Positions 21,415 through 31,742 are shown, counted from the first letter of the stretch. The stretch is 64,000 nucleotides of DNA from Deltaproteobacteria bacterium (GCA_034670305.1 JAXMNT010000007.1:64001-128000), one strand, 5' to 3'. Program-made: numbers and translations. The notes: a model not told the origin generated them from the letters alone.

Positions 21415-22728
21415 ATGAAGCGACCCGAAGAGATCCGACCCGCGTCCGGCAAGCTGGGCATTCTTCTCCCCGGCATGGGCGCCGTAGGCACGACCCTCAT
21501 TGCTGGCTGCATACTGGCCCGCAAAGGCATCGCGAAGCCGTTCGGCTCGTTGACCCAGATGGGCACGATTCGGATCGGCAAACGCACCGATGGCCAGAGC
21601 CCACGGATCAAAGACTTCCTTCCCATCGCCAAGCTGGACGACATCGTCTTCGGCGGCTGGGACCTGTTCCACGACGACGCTTTGACCGCGGCCCGCAATG
21701 CGTCGGTGCTCTCCCGCGACCACCTCGATGCGATCGCAGACGAGCTCGCGGCGGTGAAGCCGATGCCGGCCGTGTTCTTTCCCGAGTTCGTCAAACGGCT
21801 CCGCGGCGAGAACGTGAAGACGCAGACCAACAAGATGGAGCTCGCCGAAGCGGTCCGTCAGGACATCCGCGACTTCAAGAAGAACAACGGGCTCGACCGG
21901 GCCGTCGCCGTCTGGTGTGGCTCGACCGAAGTCCACCGCGAGCCGACCGAGGTCCATTCGTCGATCGAGAAGTTCGAAGCAGGCCTCCGGGCCAGCGACC
22001 CGGCCATCAGCCCGTCTCAGGTGTACTGCTACGCGTGCCTCAAGGAAGAGGTCGGCTACGCGAATGGCGCGCCGAACCTCACCGAAGACCTCCCGGTCAT
22101 GCTGGAACTCTCCAAGCTCACCGGCGCACCGCTCTCCGGCAAGGACTTCAAGACCGGTCAGACGCTGATGAAGACGATCCTGGCGCCCGGTCTTCGCGCC
22201 CGTCAGCTCGGCATTCGGGGGTGGTTCTCCACCAACATCCTGGGCAACCGAGATGGCGAAGTGCTCGAAGATCCGGAGAGCTTCAAGAGCAAAGAAGTGA
22301 GCAAGCTCGGGGTGCTCGAGACGATCCTTCAGCCCGAAGTTCAGCCCGAACTCTACGGCGACATGTACCACGCCGTTCGGATCAACTATTACCCGCCGCG
22401 TGGGGATGAGAAAGAGGGCTGGGACAACATCGACATCTTCGGATGGCTCGGTTATCCCATGCAGATCAAGATCAACTTCCTCTGCCGGGACTCGATCCTG
22501 GCCGCGCCGTTGGCGCTTGATCTGGCCCTCTTGATGGACCTCGGTCAGCGCGCGGGCATGACCGGCATCCAGGAGTGGTTGAGCTTCTATTACAAGAGTC
22601 CCGCCACCCCAGCCGGGCTCTACCCGGAGAACAACCTGTTCGTTCAGCAGGCCAAGCTGAAGAACACCATGCGCTGGATCATGGGCGAAGAGCTCATCAC
22701 CCACCTCGGGAACGAATACTACGACTGA
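21415..22728 (+). CDS. ino1: myo-inositol-1-phosphate synthase
   Basis: GMGAVGTT, FGGWD, GKDFKTGQTLMKT, NILGNRDG, YYPPRGDEKEGWD, CRDSILAAPL. Confidence 0.95.
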   Translation: MKRPEEIRPASGKLGILLPGMGAVGTTLIAGCILARKGIAKPFGSLTQMGTIRIGKRTDGQSPRIKDFLPIAKLDDIVFGGWDLFHDDALTAARNASVLSRDHLDAIADELAAVKPMPAVFFPEFVKRLRGENVKTQTNKMELAEAVRQDIRDFKKNNGLDRAVAVWCGSTEVHREPTEVHSSIEKFEAGLRASDPAISPSQVYCYACLKEEVGYANGAPNLTEDLPVMLELSKLTGAPLSGKDFKTGQTLMKTILAPGLRARQLGIRGWFSTNILGNRDGEVLEDPESFKSKEVSKLGVLETILQPEVQPELYGDMYHAVRINYYPPRGDEKEGWDNIDIFGWLGYPMQIKINFLCRDSILAAPLALDLALLMDLGQRAGMTGIQEWLSFYYKSPATPAGLYPENNLFVQQAKLKNTMRWIMGEELITHLGNEYYD

Positions 22729-22782
22729 GCCAACGTAGATCGAACGGCTGGGCCCACCACTGAGTTTGGGAGACCCAGCGTT

Positions 22783-24603
22783 CTATCGAAACGTCTCTCG
22801 AAACTGATCTTCCAGAGATGCGAAGATCAAATCATCCATTCGTTCGTCTTCTTCGAGCCGGTCGAGTTCCTTGAGTGCCTGCCGTTTGTACTTGCCGAGG
22901 GTGAGCGCCGTGAAGAGGTCGATCCGGGCTTCGATCCAATCGGGGCGCAGGTCGAGACAGAACTCGAACTCCTCGATCGCCTCGTCGATCCGCTTGACCA
23001 GCAAGTAGACGTTGCCGCGGTTGAACCGCAGCAGATCCCCGCCCGGCAGCGTGGGAATGACCGCGTCGTAGTGTTCCAGCGCCGCGAGGTCGTCCCCCGA
23101 GGCGCTGAGCGCGTACCCCAGGCCGGCGTGTGCGCTGAGGGCGGTGGGGTCGAGCTCGACCGCGCGGCGGAACGCGACCACCGCCTCCGGCCACCGCTCC
23201 GTGTCGCACTCCGACCAGCCGAGCTCCGACATCAACGCGGCGTGCATGGGGAAGTGAGGGGTGTGGTCGCTCGGCGGCAGACCTTCGTCGAGTGCGATCC
23301 GGAGCTGTCCGAAGACCAATGGGTCGAGCACGGGGTGGGAGGCCTCGAGCAGCGCCTTCGCGCCCTCGAGGTCGCCGGCGTGGGCGCGCACCACCACCGC
23401 CGCGCGCACGCAGAGGGCGTCGCTGGGGTGCGCCTCTAGGGCTGTGTCGATGGCTGCGCGTGCTGCCTCGGGGTCGCCGCGGCGCAGTCGGAGGCCCGCC
23501 AGGTTGATGCCCGCGATGGAGAATGGGAGCTCGGCCTCGAGGGCGGCCTGCAAGCTGGCTTCCGCTTGGGCGTACGCCGCCTCGGGGTCCTCCGCGGTGG
23601 CGGCGCCCATGGTCTGGATCACCCCGAGTTGAAAATGCAGCGCGCCCACGTCCGGATGCGTCTCGATGGCGATTTCGGCGAATCGCAAGCCCGACTCGTC
23701 GCCGCGCGCAGCGAACGCGGTGAGGCTCTGTTCCAGCCCGCGCGGCGTCATCGCTTCGACGGCGGCTCGGGCGAGTGCCTCGTTCCCGTCGCGCAGCTCC
23801 CGAGCGACGGTCATGCCCTGCACAATCCACGCGATCTCGCCCACGACGACGTGGGGCACCACCGAGTCCTCGAACATCTGGATGACTCGGTTCTGGGCGT
23901 TCTCCCCGCCCAGTTCGCAGTGCCGCAAGTACATCACCTCGTGCAACGCGGTGATGGCGCCCGCGAGCCAAAGGGCTTCTTCGGTCTCGGTCGGGAACTG
24001 GATGCTCCCCACGAGAAAGTTCGGAGAGGTTCGAGAGGGCAGCTTCGGCTCGAGCAGTAGGTCGGTGCCGATCGTGGCCTGCCACGGCGCGCCGTGATCC
24101 TCCCAAGTCGCGTAGAGCGTGTGCGGGTCCAACGCCTTCACCTTCAGCCGGCCACGCTCCAGTGTCCCGAGCGGCTCGACGGCGGGCGGGTTTCGTTCGG
24201 TGTCCGCCTGGCCGTTGGCTCTGCGATCGACGGGCGCGTTCGCATCGGTCGCGTACACGGGCACGTCCCCCAATCCCAGCACTTCGAGCGCCAGGCTGGT
24301 GCGGAGTCTTCCGAGGCGGGCTGGGTCGTTCACGACGACGACCGCGTCGGTCCGCGTCACCAGGTCGTCGGTGCTGGGCGTCGGGTCGGGTGCATCCTCG
24401 GAAACCGGGAGCAGCACGAGCACGTTGCCGGCGTCGGTCTCCAAGAAGACGCCCCCGAATCCAGCCGCACCCAGGATGGGCGGGACCCGCTGTTCAGAGG
24501 CCTTCGTCCCGTAGAATCCGGTCTTGCTCCGCCGCCGCTCAATCAAGAAGAAGACGAGCACCACCGCCGCAACCAACCCGCCGACCCCGAGCGCAAAACC
24601 CAT
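22783..24603 (-). CDS. Membrane-anchored tetratricopeptide-repeat protein
   Basis: N-terminal TM helix; TPR-like units (AVVAFRRAVELDP...AHAGLGYAL, FNRGNVY...AIEEFEFCLDLRPDW). Confidence 0.75.
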   Translation of the reverse strand: MGFALGVGGLVAAVVLVFFLIERRRSKTGFYGTKASEQRVPPILGAAGFGGVFLETDAGNVLVLLPVSEDAPDPTPSTDDLVTRTDAVVVVNDPARLGRLRTSLALEVLGLGDVPVYATDANAPVDRRANGQADTERNPPAVEPLGTLERGRLKVKALDPHTLYATWEDHGAPWQATIGTDLLLEPKLPSRTSPNFLVGSIQFPTETEEALWLAGAITALHEVMYLRHCELGGENAQNRVIQMFEDSVVPHVVVGEIAWIVQGMTVARELRDGNEALARAAVEAMTPRGLEQSLTAFAARGDESGLRFAEIAIETHPDVGALHFQLGVIQTMGAATAEDPEAAYAQAEASLQAALEAELPFSIAGINLAGLRLRRGDPEAARAAIDTALEAHPSDALCVRAAVVVRAHAGDLEGAKALLEASHPVLDPLVFGQLRIALDEGLPPSDHTPHFPMHAALMSELGWSECDTERWPEAVVAFRRAVELDPTALSAHAGLGYALSASGDDLAALEHYDAVIPTLPGGDLLRFNRGNVYLLVKRIDEAIEEFEFCLDLRPDWIEARIDLFTALTLGKYKRQALKELDRLEEDERMDDLIFASLEDQFRETFR

Positions 24604-24734
24604 CGTCTGAGCTTACCTCATCGGCCCTATCGGCCTGGCACGCGTGCTGGCGGAAGAAGCGCCCTCCCTCTGCGTTTGCAGAACACGACCGAAGCCGGCC
24701 GACGCGGTAGGTGAGAGGCCGCGACGGGATCGAT

Positions 24735-25592
24735 TCAGTCCGACTTCGCGAAGTCGGCGGCGGAATGGCGCTCCGGGAGTTGGGTGGCTTCGTCGCCCCA
24801 GGTCCGGTTCACCCGCCGGCCGCGCTGTGCGGCGGGGCGCTTCGCGATCTGGTCGGCCCAGCGGATCACGTGTTCGTATTCGTGTACGGAGAGGAACTCG
24901 CCCGCGTCGTAGATCACGCCCTTCACGAGGGCGCCATACCACGGCCACACCGCGATGTCGGCGATCGAGTACTCGCTTCCCGCGAGGAACTCGTGCTCCG
25001 CGAGGCGCTTGTCGAGCACGTCGAGTTGGCGTTTGGTCTCCATGGCGAAGCGGTCGATCGCGTATTCGATCTTCTCGGGCGCGTACGCATAGAAGTGCCC
25101 GAACCCGCCGCCGAGGTAGGGACCGGCGCCCATCTGCCAGAAGAGCCACGACAGCGCTTCGGTCCGTCCCGCGTGGTCCTTGGGCAGCAACGCGCCGAAC
25201 TTCTCGGCGAGGTAGAGCAGGATCGCACCCGATTCGAAGACCCGCTGCGGCTCGTCGCCGCTTCGGTCGAGCAGGGCAGGGATCTTGGAGTTCGGGTTGA
25301 TCCCGACGAACCCGCTCCCGAACTGATCGCCTTCGATGATGTTGATGATCCAAGCGTCGTACTCGGCCTCCGAGAACCCGCGCTCCAGCAGCTCTTCGAA
25401 CATCGTCGTGACCTTCACCCCGTTCGGTGTGGCCAGCGAGTACAACTGGAACGGGTGCTCACCGAGAGGCAGTTCTTTGTCGTGGGTGGCACCCGAGATG
25501 GGTCGGTTGATGCTGGCGAACTTGCCGCCGCCCTCGGGGTCCCAGGTCCAGACCCGGGGGGGCACGTACGCTTCAGGTTTCGGATCGGTCAT
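24735..25592 (-). CDS. yghU: Glutathione-dependent disulfide-bond oxidoreductase (nu-class GST)
   Basis: YVPPRVWTW, FASINRPISGATH, YSLATPNGVKV, NPNSKIPAL, FESGAIL, ERHSAADF. Confidence 0.95.
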   Translation of the reverse strand: MTDPKPEAYVPPRVWTWDPEGGGKFASINRPISGATHDKELPLGEHPFQLYSLATPNGVKVTTMFEELLERGFSEAEYDAWIINIIEGDQFGSGFVGINPNSKIPALLDRSGDEPQRVFESGAILLYLAEKFGALLPKDHAGRTEALSWLFWQMGAGPYLGGGFGHFYAYAPEKIEYAIDRFAMETKRQLDVLDKRLAEHEFLAGSEYSIADIAVWPWYGALVKGVIYDAGEFLSVHEYEHVIRWADQIAKRPAAQRGRRVNRTWGDEATQLPERHSAADFAKSD

Positions 25593-25622
25593 GCGTTTCC
25601 TGTCGGGCTCGAGCAAGGGACG

Positions 25623-26222
25623 TTACGTTTGTTGGGCCAGGCGCGCCCGCACGAACGGAACGCTCGCGACGATCCACGCGTCGGTGGCCGTCAGCCCGAG
25701 CCGCTGAAAGAGACCGTTCGGTCCTTCGACCCAGACGCTGAGCACCAAACACACGATGGACACGCCGCCGCACCCGATTCCGAACCACGCGAGGCGAGGG
25801 CGGTGCCGCACTCCCGAGAATGCGAGCAAGGGGGTGAAGGCGAGCGAGACGTAGCCGATGCCCGCCGACGCGTTGTGCCAGCCGTCGATGGATTCGGAGT
25901 ATCCGAGCGGGAACGCCGCCACCGCCAACGTCGCCACGCCGGTCGTCGCCGCGGAAGCCCACGCCCAGCCCGGCAGCGCGCGCCGAAGCGCCCACGCGTA
26001 CAGGGGCACGCAGACTCCAAACCCGACAAAGCCCACGTTCATCAGGACCTGGGTGGGCGCTCCCTGAGCAGCCAGGCGGCTGATGGCGTCGTCGATCGGC
26101 GAGTAGCCCTCGAAGCGCAGACCACCGATCAACCACGCGAGCACGAAGAGCCCAGGACCAAGAAACCCGCCCAGCGCACACAGCGCGAGGCGGGTCTGGT
26201 CGGTGCGGGCCGGGGAGGTCAG
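25623..26222 (-). CDS. DUF998-like membrane protein
   Basis: GYSPIDDAISRLAA, H-containing helices, GLFQRL; five hydrophobic segments; start uncertain. Confidence 0.7.
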   Translation of the reverse strand: MTSPARTDQTRLALCALGGFLGPGLFVLAWLIGGLRFEGYSPIDDAISRLAAQGAPTQVLMNVGFVGFGVCVPLYAWALRRALPGWAWASAATTGVATLAVAAFPLGYSESIDGWHNASAGIGYVSLAFTPLLAFSGVRHRPRLAWFGIGCGGVSIVCLVLSVWVEGPNGLFQRLGLTATDAWIVASVPFVRARLAQQT

Positions 26223-27241
26223 CGTCGGCCGGCGCGCAGCGCTTTGAGCAGGTTCCGGGCCCCGGAACCGACCTTCGCGGCCACGCGGTCCGGCACGTTC
26301 CGGGCGGTCGCGGCGAACGCGCTCCGCTCGGCAGCGGTCGGCCGGTGCACTTGAATGCCGTAGCGCTCGAGGTTCCGGATGAGCACCGGGTCCATCGACC
26401 GCACGCTCTGTCGACCCTCCGCCACGAGCGAAGGAGGCACGTTCGTCAGCACCGTTTGAATGTCCGCCGGCAGTCCGTCGAACCACCGCTTCGAGTACAC
26501 GATGATGCCCGGCTGGTAGCTGTGTTCGCTGACGTTGAGGTGCTGGGCGGCCTGGTACCAGCTCGTCGCGAACGCGAAGAGCGGGGTGTTGTCGAAACCG
26601 TCGACCGCGTTGGTGCGCAGTGAGGTCAATACGTTGGGTACGTCGATCGGCACCGGGTTGGCGCCGAATGCGCGGTAGCTGCTCAGGTGGACGAACGCTT
26701 CTTGGGAGCGCATTCGCAGCCCCTGCAAGTCGGCCGGGTTGCGAATGGCCCGCTCTCGCGTGAACCAGGAACGGAACCCGTTCTCGGCCCAGAACGCGAA
26801 CTTGAACCCGCGCGCTTCGACCAGGGTGTTGACCTGTCCGAGCACCGCGGCGCTGTCGAGGGCGCGGTCGGCCTGCGTGGTGTTGTCGAAGAGGTAGGGC
26901 GCTTCGATGACGTTGAGCTCAGGTACGAGCGAACCGAGCGCGGCGGTGGATCCACCGAACACCTGGATGCTGCCTTGCGACGTGCGACGCACGAGCGCCT
27001 TCTCACCACCGAGCGCGCCACCCATGAACATCTTCACGCGGACACGTCCGCCGGTGTTCTCTTGGACGTAGCGCCGCATCTTGCGGAGCTGCTTCTCCCA
27101 AGGCGTGCCTTCAGGGGCGATGGTGGCGATCTTCATCTCGATCGTCTCTTGCGCGTCGGCCGGTTCCTCGGCCCCCACGATGAGCAATCCTGAGAGAACG
27201 GCACTCATGGCCGTTACGATGGTCAATACTCTCTTTCGCAT
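26219..27241 (-). CDS. dctP: TRAP transporter substrate-binding protein (DctP / TatP type)
   Basis: Signal peptide; KIATIAPEGTPW, GGALGGE, PYLF, ENGFR, DLQGLRMR, VDGFDN. Confidence 0.92.
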   Translation of the reverse strand: MRKRVLTIVTAMSAVLSGLLIVGAEEPADAQETIEMKIATIAPEGTPWEKQLRKMRRYVQENTGGRVRVKMFMGGALGGEKALVRRTSQGSIQVFGGSTAALGSLVPELNVIEAPYLFDNTTQADRALDSAAVLGQVNTLVEARGFKFAFWAENGFRSWFTRERAIRNPADLQGLRMRSQEAFVHLSSYRAFGANPVPIDVPNVLTSLRTNAVDGFDNTPLFAFATSWYQAAQHLNVSEHSYQPGIIVYSKRWFDGLPADIQTVLTNVPPSLVAEGRQSVRSMDPVLIRNLERYGIQVHRPTAAERSAFAATARNVPDRVAAKVGSGARNLLKALRAGRR

Positions 27242-27337
27242 CACACTCTCCTCACCACGCACGTGCGGCCCCGCTTGGACGAGGCCGCGATTCACTCATT
27301 CAACGGACACGCGAGAATCCTGCGCCCGTCTCCCACG

Positions 27338-28267
27338 TCACTCGAAGAGATCGTCGGCCTGGGCCTGCAGTTCGCGGGCCTTCCGTTGCTCACACCGGTT
27401 CTCCGGTGCGATCTCGGGGCCACCCATTTCGGGGTCGTTCGCGAGCACCCAAGCGAGGTTCTCGTCGAAGTTCGCCCGGTCTTGCGCTTTCACGGCGTAG
27501 TCGCCGGCCATGAGCACGCGGGTCGCGAAGTAGTTCGGCGCGTGGCGCAGCGAGACCTCGAAGTGCTCGCGGCTGCGCTCCACGTCGCCACCGGCGAAGG
27601 AGGGTGCGCGGCCGTAGAACACACCGAAGTAGCGGTCGGGACCGCGGTGGTAGTAGTCCGGGTCGAGGTCGAGACATCGGCCCATGACGGCCCGGATCTC
27701 GTCCTTGAACGAGAGCAGGGTGGCGAAGCCATCCGCCGAGGCCCACTTGCCGAGGTTGCTGGCGCGCCAGTAGAGGGCTGGCACCGCGCGGGCGTCGAGC
27801 ACTTCGATGGCCTCTTCGATGCGGGTGCCGTTCCGCATCCGCGTCGCGAAGTCGTCCGAGATCGCCATGAGCGCGAACTCGGCGGAGCGGGTGCCTTCTT
27901 CAAACGTCGAAAGCAGCTCTTCGCGCTTCGATTCGTCGAAGCGAAGGTGGCAGTCCGCCAAGAAGTACTGGCTTCGAGACAGCATGGTCCACGCCTCGGG
28001 GTCCGAGCGGTTGGCATTCGCCGCCGCTTGGTACGCCTCGATGGCACGGCGAACCCCGGCCTCTTCGTCTCGTTGTGCCCACGCCTCATTGGCCGTGCTC
28101 ATGAGCGTCGTTTGGTCCGACGCCGTGGTCTGACCCTCGTCGTTGGCCGTCGTATCCCAGGCCGCTTCTCGGCCGCCGCCACATGCAACCGTCACAGCCA
28201 TCGTCCCCACCATCAAAGTGGCGAACATGGACCGTGCGACCAGGAGCGTGCGAATTCCCCGCTTCAT
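27338..28267 (-). CDS. TRAP-associated TPR lipoprotein (TatT / T-component)
   Basis: GAGGAG RBS; lipobox VTVAC; VPALYWRASNLGKW, LDPDYY, PSFAGGD..RSREHFE, PENRCEQRKA; directly upstream of dctP. Confidence 0.82.
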   Translation of the reverse strand: MKRGIRTLLVARSMFATLMVGTMAVTVACGGGREAAWDTTANDEGQTTASDQTTLMSTANEAWAQRDEEAGVRRAIEAYQAAANANRSDPEAWTMLSRSQYFLADCHLRFDESKREELLSTFEEGTRSAEFALMAISDDFATRMRNGTRIEEAIEVLDARAVPALYWRASNLGKWASADGFATLLSFKDEIRAVMGRCLDLDPDYYHRGPDRYFGVFYGRAPSFAGGDVERSREHFEVSLRHAPNYFATRVLMAGDYAVKAQDRANFDENLAWVLANDPEMGGPEIAPENRCEQRKARELQAQADDLFE

Positions 28268-28519
28268 GACATCCTCCTCGGGCACCGAAGTGCGCGGAAG
28301 CCAGGTACCACCCCCCCAACGAGGGGTCAACGCCGACCAGCTTACGACCCCGACGCGGGACGCCCATCTCGCCAAGCGAGCCAGGGCCGGTAGCGGGATG
28401 AACATCGACGCGGCGAAGCCGAGCGAAGCGAGCAAGCCGTGTCACCGGGACGGGGTTTGGGGGCCGTGCCCCCAATGAATATTGCGCTCGGGCGGGGACG
28501 CGGCGTATCGTGGCCCGAC

Positions 28520-28942
28520 GTGGCTAAGGAGCACCTTCAGGTCAATGTCGAGACCGTCGAGTCGCTCCTCCGCGAGGGCCGCTGGGACTTCAGCCGGATC
28601 ACCGAGGACACGTGGCGCGGCCACTTTCGGGGACGCACGTCTACGTTTCCGTTCCTCGTTCGAATCATGCCCAGCGGCTACCTCGTGTTCGCCATCGTCC
28701 CATTCCTGGCGTCCCCCGAAGATCAGACCGCTGCAACCGCGCTCTACGATCGGCTGCTGGAACTCAACCAGGTGCTGCTGATGGCGAAGTTCTCCATCGA
28801 CGACGACTTGGATGTCGTGTTGAGTGTCGAGTACCCGACGAGCCACTTCGACAAGAGCGAGTTCGTCGACGCGCTCGATGTGCTTTCGTTCTATGCCGAC
28901 GCGCATTTCGACGAACTCAAACAACTCGCCGCCGAGCCCTGA
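28520..28942 (+). CDS. YbjN / type III chaperone-like domain protein
   Basis: LYDRLLELNQVLLMAKFSIDDDLDVVLSVEYP pattern; small acidic protein; GTG start. Confidence 0.72.
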   Translation: MAKEHLQVNVETVESLLREGRWDFSRITEDTWRGHFRGRTSTFPFLVRIMPSGYLVFAIVPFLASPEDQTAATALYDRLLELNQVLLMAKFSIDDDLDVVLSVEYPTSHFDKSEFVDALDVLSFYADAHFDELKQLAAEP

Positions 28943-28944
28943 TC

Positions 28945-29120
28945 CCGGACCGTTTGTTGTCCGAGGGGATGGGCGCATCCCCCTCCGGCCTGCGGGGCAA
29001 AGCCCCTCCGGCCTCCTCCCCAACTTCGCTTCGCGCAAAGTGCTGCGCACTTTGACCGTCTTCGGCGCACTCGACCGGCGAGGGTGGTCGAGTGAGCCAT
29101 CGCACGGGACGAATCCGGCG
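28945..29120. repeat. Multi-hairpin intergenic element (REP/MITE-like or structured RNA)
   Basis: Five hairpins in about 150 bp, including CAAAGTGC-TGC-GCACTTTG (29036-29054) and CACTCGACC-N9-GGTCGAGTG (29068-29094). Confidence 0.55.
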
Positions 29121-29215
29121 CCTCCGAGCCCCTGGAGAAGGACGCATTGGGGCGGGTTGCCGCAGTGAATTGAGCGTGATATGTCGTCGCCGACAAAGCT
29201 TCGGGGTTGCGCTTC

Positions 29216-29246
29216 GGGGTGGGCCACATGGCCTGCCCATTTTTGT
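29216..29246 (+). promoter_or_regulatory. rimP leader (terminator-like attenuator)
   Basis: GTGGGC...GCCCAT stem followed by a T-tract upstream of rimP, matching the known GGGC/GCCC rimP-leader pattern. Confidence 0.7.
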
Positions 29247-29359
29247 CTCTAGACCACGATTTTCACTGCGATTGAACGCGGCCCCGAACCACGCCCACCT
29301 TGCACATCACCTCCCACCAGACGTTTCCCCTCGGCACGCGCCCCACACCCACCACCCCC

Positions 29360-29863
29360 ATGGTCCAAGATCGACAGTCGCTGCTCGAAGAACTCGCCGA
29401 GCCCGTGTGCGCCGCACATGGGTGCGAGCTCGTACAGCTGCGTCAGGTGCAGGGGAAGGGTGGCTGGACGTTCCAGGTGATCATCGATTGCCCACGCGCC
29501 GACGGTGGCGAGGGCAGTGGGGTGACGCTCGAGGAGTGCACCGGCGTCAGCCGTGATCTCGGCGACGCCCTCGATGTCCACGAGTCCGCGCTGCCGACGA
29601 AGTACCGGCTCGAGGTGAGCTCGCCCGGTCTCGAGCGCCCACTCGTCAAACTGCCCGACTTCGAGCGTTTCTCCGGCAAGGAGATCACGCTCAAGACCCA
29701 CGTCCCGATCTCGATCGACGGTGCGGCCAAACCCCGCAAGAGCTTCCAGGGGCTCCTGTTGGGTGTGTCCGACGGGCACCTCGTTCGACTCGACGAGGAC
29801 GGGGTAATCGTCTCGATCCCTCACGACTCCATCGCGAGGGCCAACCTCGTCTTTCGGTTCTAG
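29360..29863 (+). CDS. rimP: Ribosome maturation factor RimP
   Basis: GVTLEECTGVSR, YRLEVSSPGLERPL; first gene of the nusA-infB operon. Confidence 0.95.
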   Translation: MVQDRQSLLEELAEPVCAAHGCELVQLRQVQGKGGWTFQVIIDCPRADGGEGSGVTLEECTGVSRDLGDALDVHESALPTKYRLEVSSPGLERPLVKLPDFERFSGKEITLKTHVPISIDGAAKPRKSFQGLLLGVSDGHLVRLDEDGVIVSIPHDSIARANLVFRF

Positions 29864-29926
29864 TTCTCTGGTCCTCGCCCGTTCGCGGGCGCGCCAGACC
29901 CTGTCACGCAGACACCTAGGTACGTC

Positions 29927-31741
29927 ATGTCCCAACAAGCACCGCCCAGTCTCATGCAAGTCATCGAATCGGTCAGCCAAGAGAAGGGGATCGAACACGC
30001 GATCCTCATCGAGGCGATCGAGCAGGCGATCCTCACCGCCGCCAAACGACAGTTCGGCATCGGTCGGGAGCTCGAGGCCGAGTTCAACAAAGAGACCGGC
30101 GCCGTCGATCTCAAGATGTACATGACGGTGGTCGAGGAGATCGACGACGACGAGACCGAGATCTCGCTCGCGGACGCGCGTCGCCACGGACTCGACGACG
30201 AAGAGAACCCGCTCGCCGAGGGCGAAGAGCTGGGGTTCCAGATCTTCTACCTTCCGCAGGACGCGGACGAAGCCCGCAAGCAGGACCGAGAGTACGGCAC
30301 GCTGCTCGGCATCTCCCAGGCCCGGCAGGGCTTCGGTCGCATCGCGGCGCAGACCGCCAAGCAGGTCATCATCCAGCGGGTGCGGGACGCCGAGCGCGAG
30401 CGCATCTTCGCGGAGTTCAAGAATCGCAAGGGCGAGCTCATCAGCGGCACCGTGCGGCGCTTCGAGCGCGGCTCGAACATCATCGTCGAGCTCGACCGCT
30501 CGAGCGAAGGACAGCAGCGCACGGTCGAGGCCGTGTTGCCGCCCCGAGAGCAGACGCCCCGCGAGAGCTACCGGCCCGGCGATCGAATCGTCGCACTGCT
30601 CAAGGACATCGACCGCGAAGCGCGCGGTCCGCAGATCATCCTCTCCCGTTCGGATGTCGGCCTGCTTCGCAAGCTCTTCGAGATGGAAGTCCCCGAGATC
30701 TACGAAGGCATCGTGAAGATCGTGGCCGCCGCCCGCGAGCCCGGCGCGCGTTCGAAGATCGCGGTCAGCAGCCGCGACAGCGATGTGGATCCGGTCGGCG
30801 CATGCGTCGGCATGAAGGGCTCCCGCGTTCAGGCGGTGGTCCAGGAACTGCGTGGCGAGAAGATCGACATCGTGCCGTTCGACCGCGACCCGGCCCGCTT
30901 CGTTTGCAACGCCATTGCGCCGGCCGAGGTGGTCCGGGTGGTCATCGACGAGACGAACAACACGATGGAACTCGTCGTGCCCGACGCCAAGCTCAGCCTG
31001 GCGATCGGACGGCGTGGCCAGAACGTGCGGCTCGCCTCTCAGCTGACCAACTGGAAACTCGACATCGTCAGCGAGCAGCGCTTCAAGGACATGGAAGAAG
31101 AGTCCATGCGGGTGCTCTCGCGGGTCGACGACGACGAAGAGATCGCGCGCAGCCTCTACCGCATGGGTTTCCGAACCCTCGACGAGGTCGCCGAGGCGAG
31201 CGAAGAAGAACTCGTGGGTGTCGATGGCATCGACAAGAGCAACGTCGGCCGGCTCAAGGAGCAGGCGTCCAAGGCGCTGGAAGAAGTTCGGCTCGAGCGC
31301 ATCGCAGAAGCGGCAACCAAGCCCGACCTTCCCACGGAGAAGGAACGCCTCGTCCTCGTGCGCGGCGTGACCGACCGGATCGCCGACCAGCTCGAACGCG
31401 GTGGCTACGGCAACCTGCTCGCGATCATGAAGGAGATGGATGTCGATCGTTTCGCGATCCGCACCCGCATCCCGCATGAGCAAGCACAGCTTCTCAAGAA
31501 GTCGATCGAAGCCTTCGTGAAGGAAGACTGGCCGCGCATCGAAGCGGGCGTCGTCGAGGCCAAGAAGGTCGAGATGGCCCGCATCGAAAAAGAGGAAGCC
31601 GAGGAGCTGCGACTGGCTGAAGAAGCCGCCGCCGCCGCCGCGCTGATCGCGGAGAGCGCACCCGAGGCCGCCGAGGGCGCGACACTCGAAGCCGCGCCGA
31701 CCGACGCTCCGGACAACGCACCCGTAGGCGAGGGCGCCTGA
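29927..31741 (+). CDS. nusA: Transcription termination factor NusA with extended acidic C-terminal domains
   Basis: [14 protein letters not shown]1 domain, [38 protein letters not shown]. Confidence 0.98.
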   Translation: MSQQAPPSLMQVIESVSQEKGIEHAILIEAIEQAILTAAKRQFGIGRELEAEFNKETGAVDLKMYMTVVEEIDDDETEISLADARRHGLDDEENPLAEGEELGFQIFYLPQDADEARKQDREYGTLLGISQARQGFGRIAAQTAKQVIIQRVRDAERERIFAEFKNRKGELISGTVRRFERGSNIIVELDRSSEGQQRTVEAVLPPREQTPRESYRPGDRIVALLKDIDREARGPQIILSRSDVGLLRKLFEMEVPEIYEGIVKIVAAAREPGARSKIAVSSRDSDVDPVGACVGMKGSRVQAVVQELRGEKIDIVPFDRDPARFVCNAIAPAEVVRVVIDETNNTMELVVPDAKLSLAIGRRGQNVRLASQLTNWKLDIVSEQRFKDMEEESMRVLSRVDDDEEIARSLYRMGFRTLDEVAEASEEELVGVDGIDKSNVGRLKEQASKALEEVRLERIAEAATKPDLPTEKERLVLVRGVTDRIADQLERGGYGNLLAIMKEMDVDRFAIRTRIPHEQAQLLKKSIEAFVKEDWPRIEAGVVEAKKVEMARIEKEEAEELRLAEEAAAAAALIAESAPEAAEGATLEAAPTDAPDNAPVGEGA

Positions 31742-31742
31742 G

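Noticed and set aside
24636-24651. TGGCACG as a possible sigma-54 promoter
   Set aside because: No GC at the -12 position, and it faces away from the adjacent gene start.
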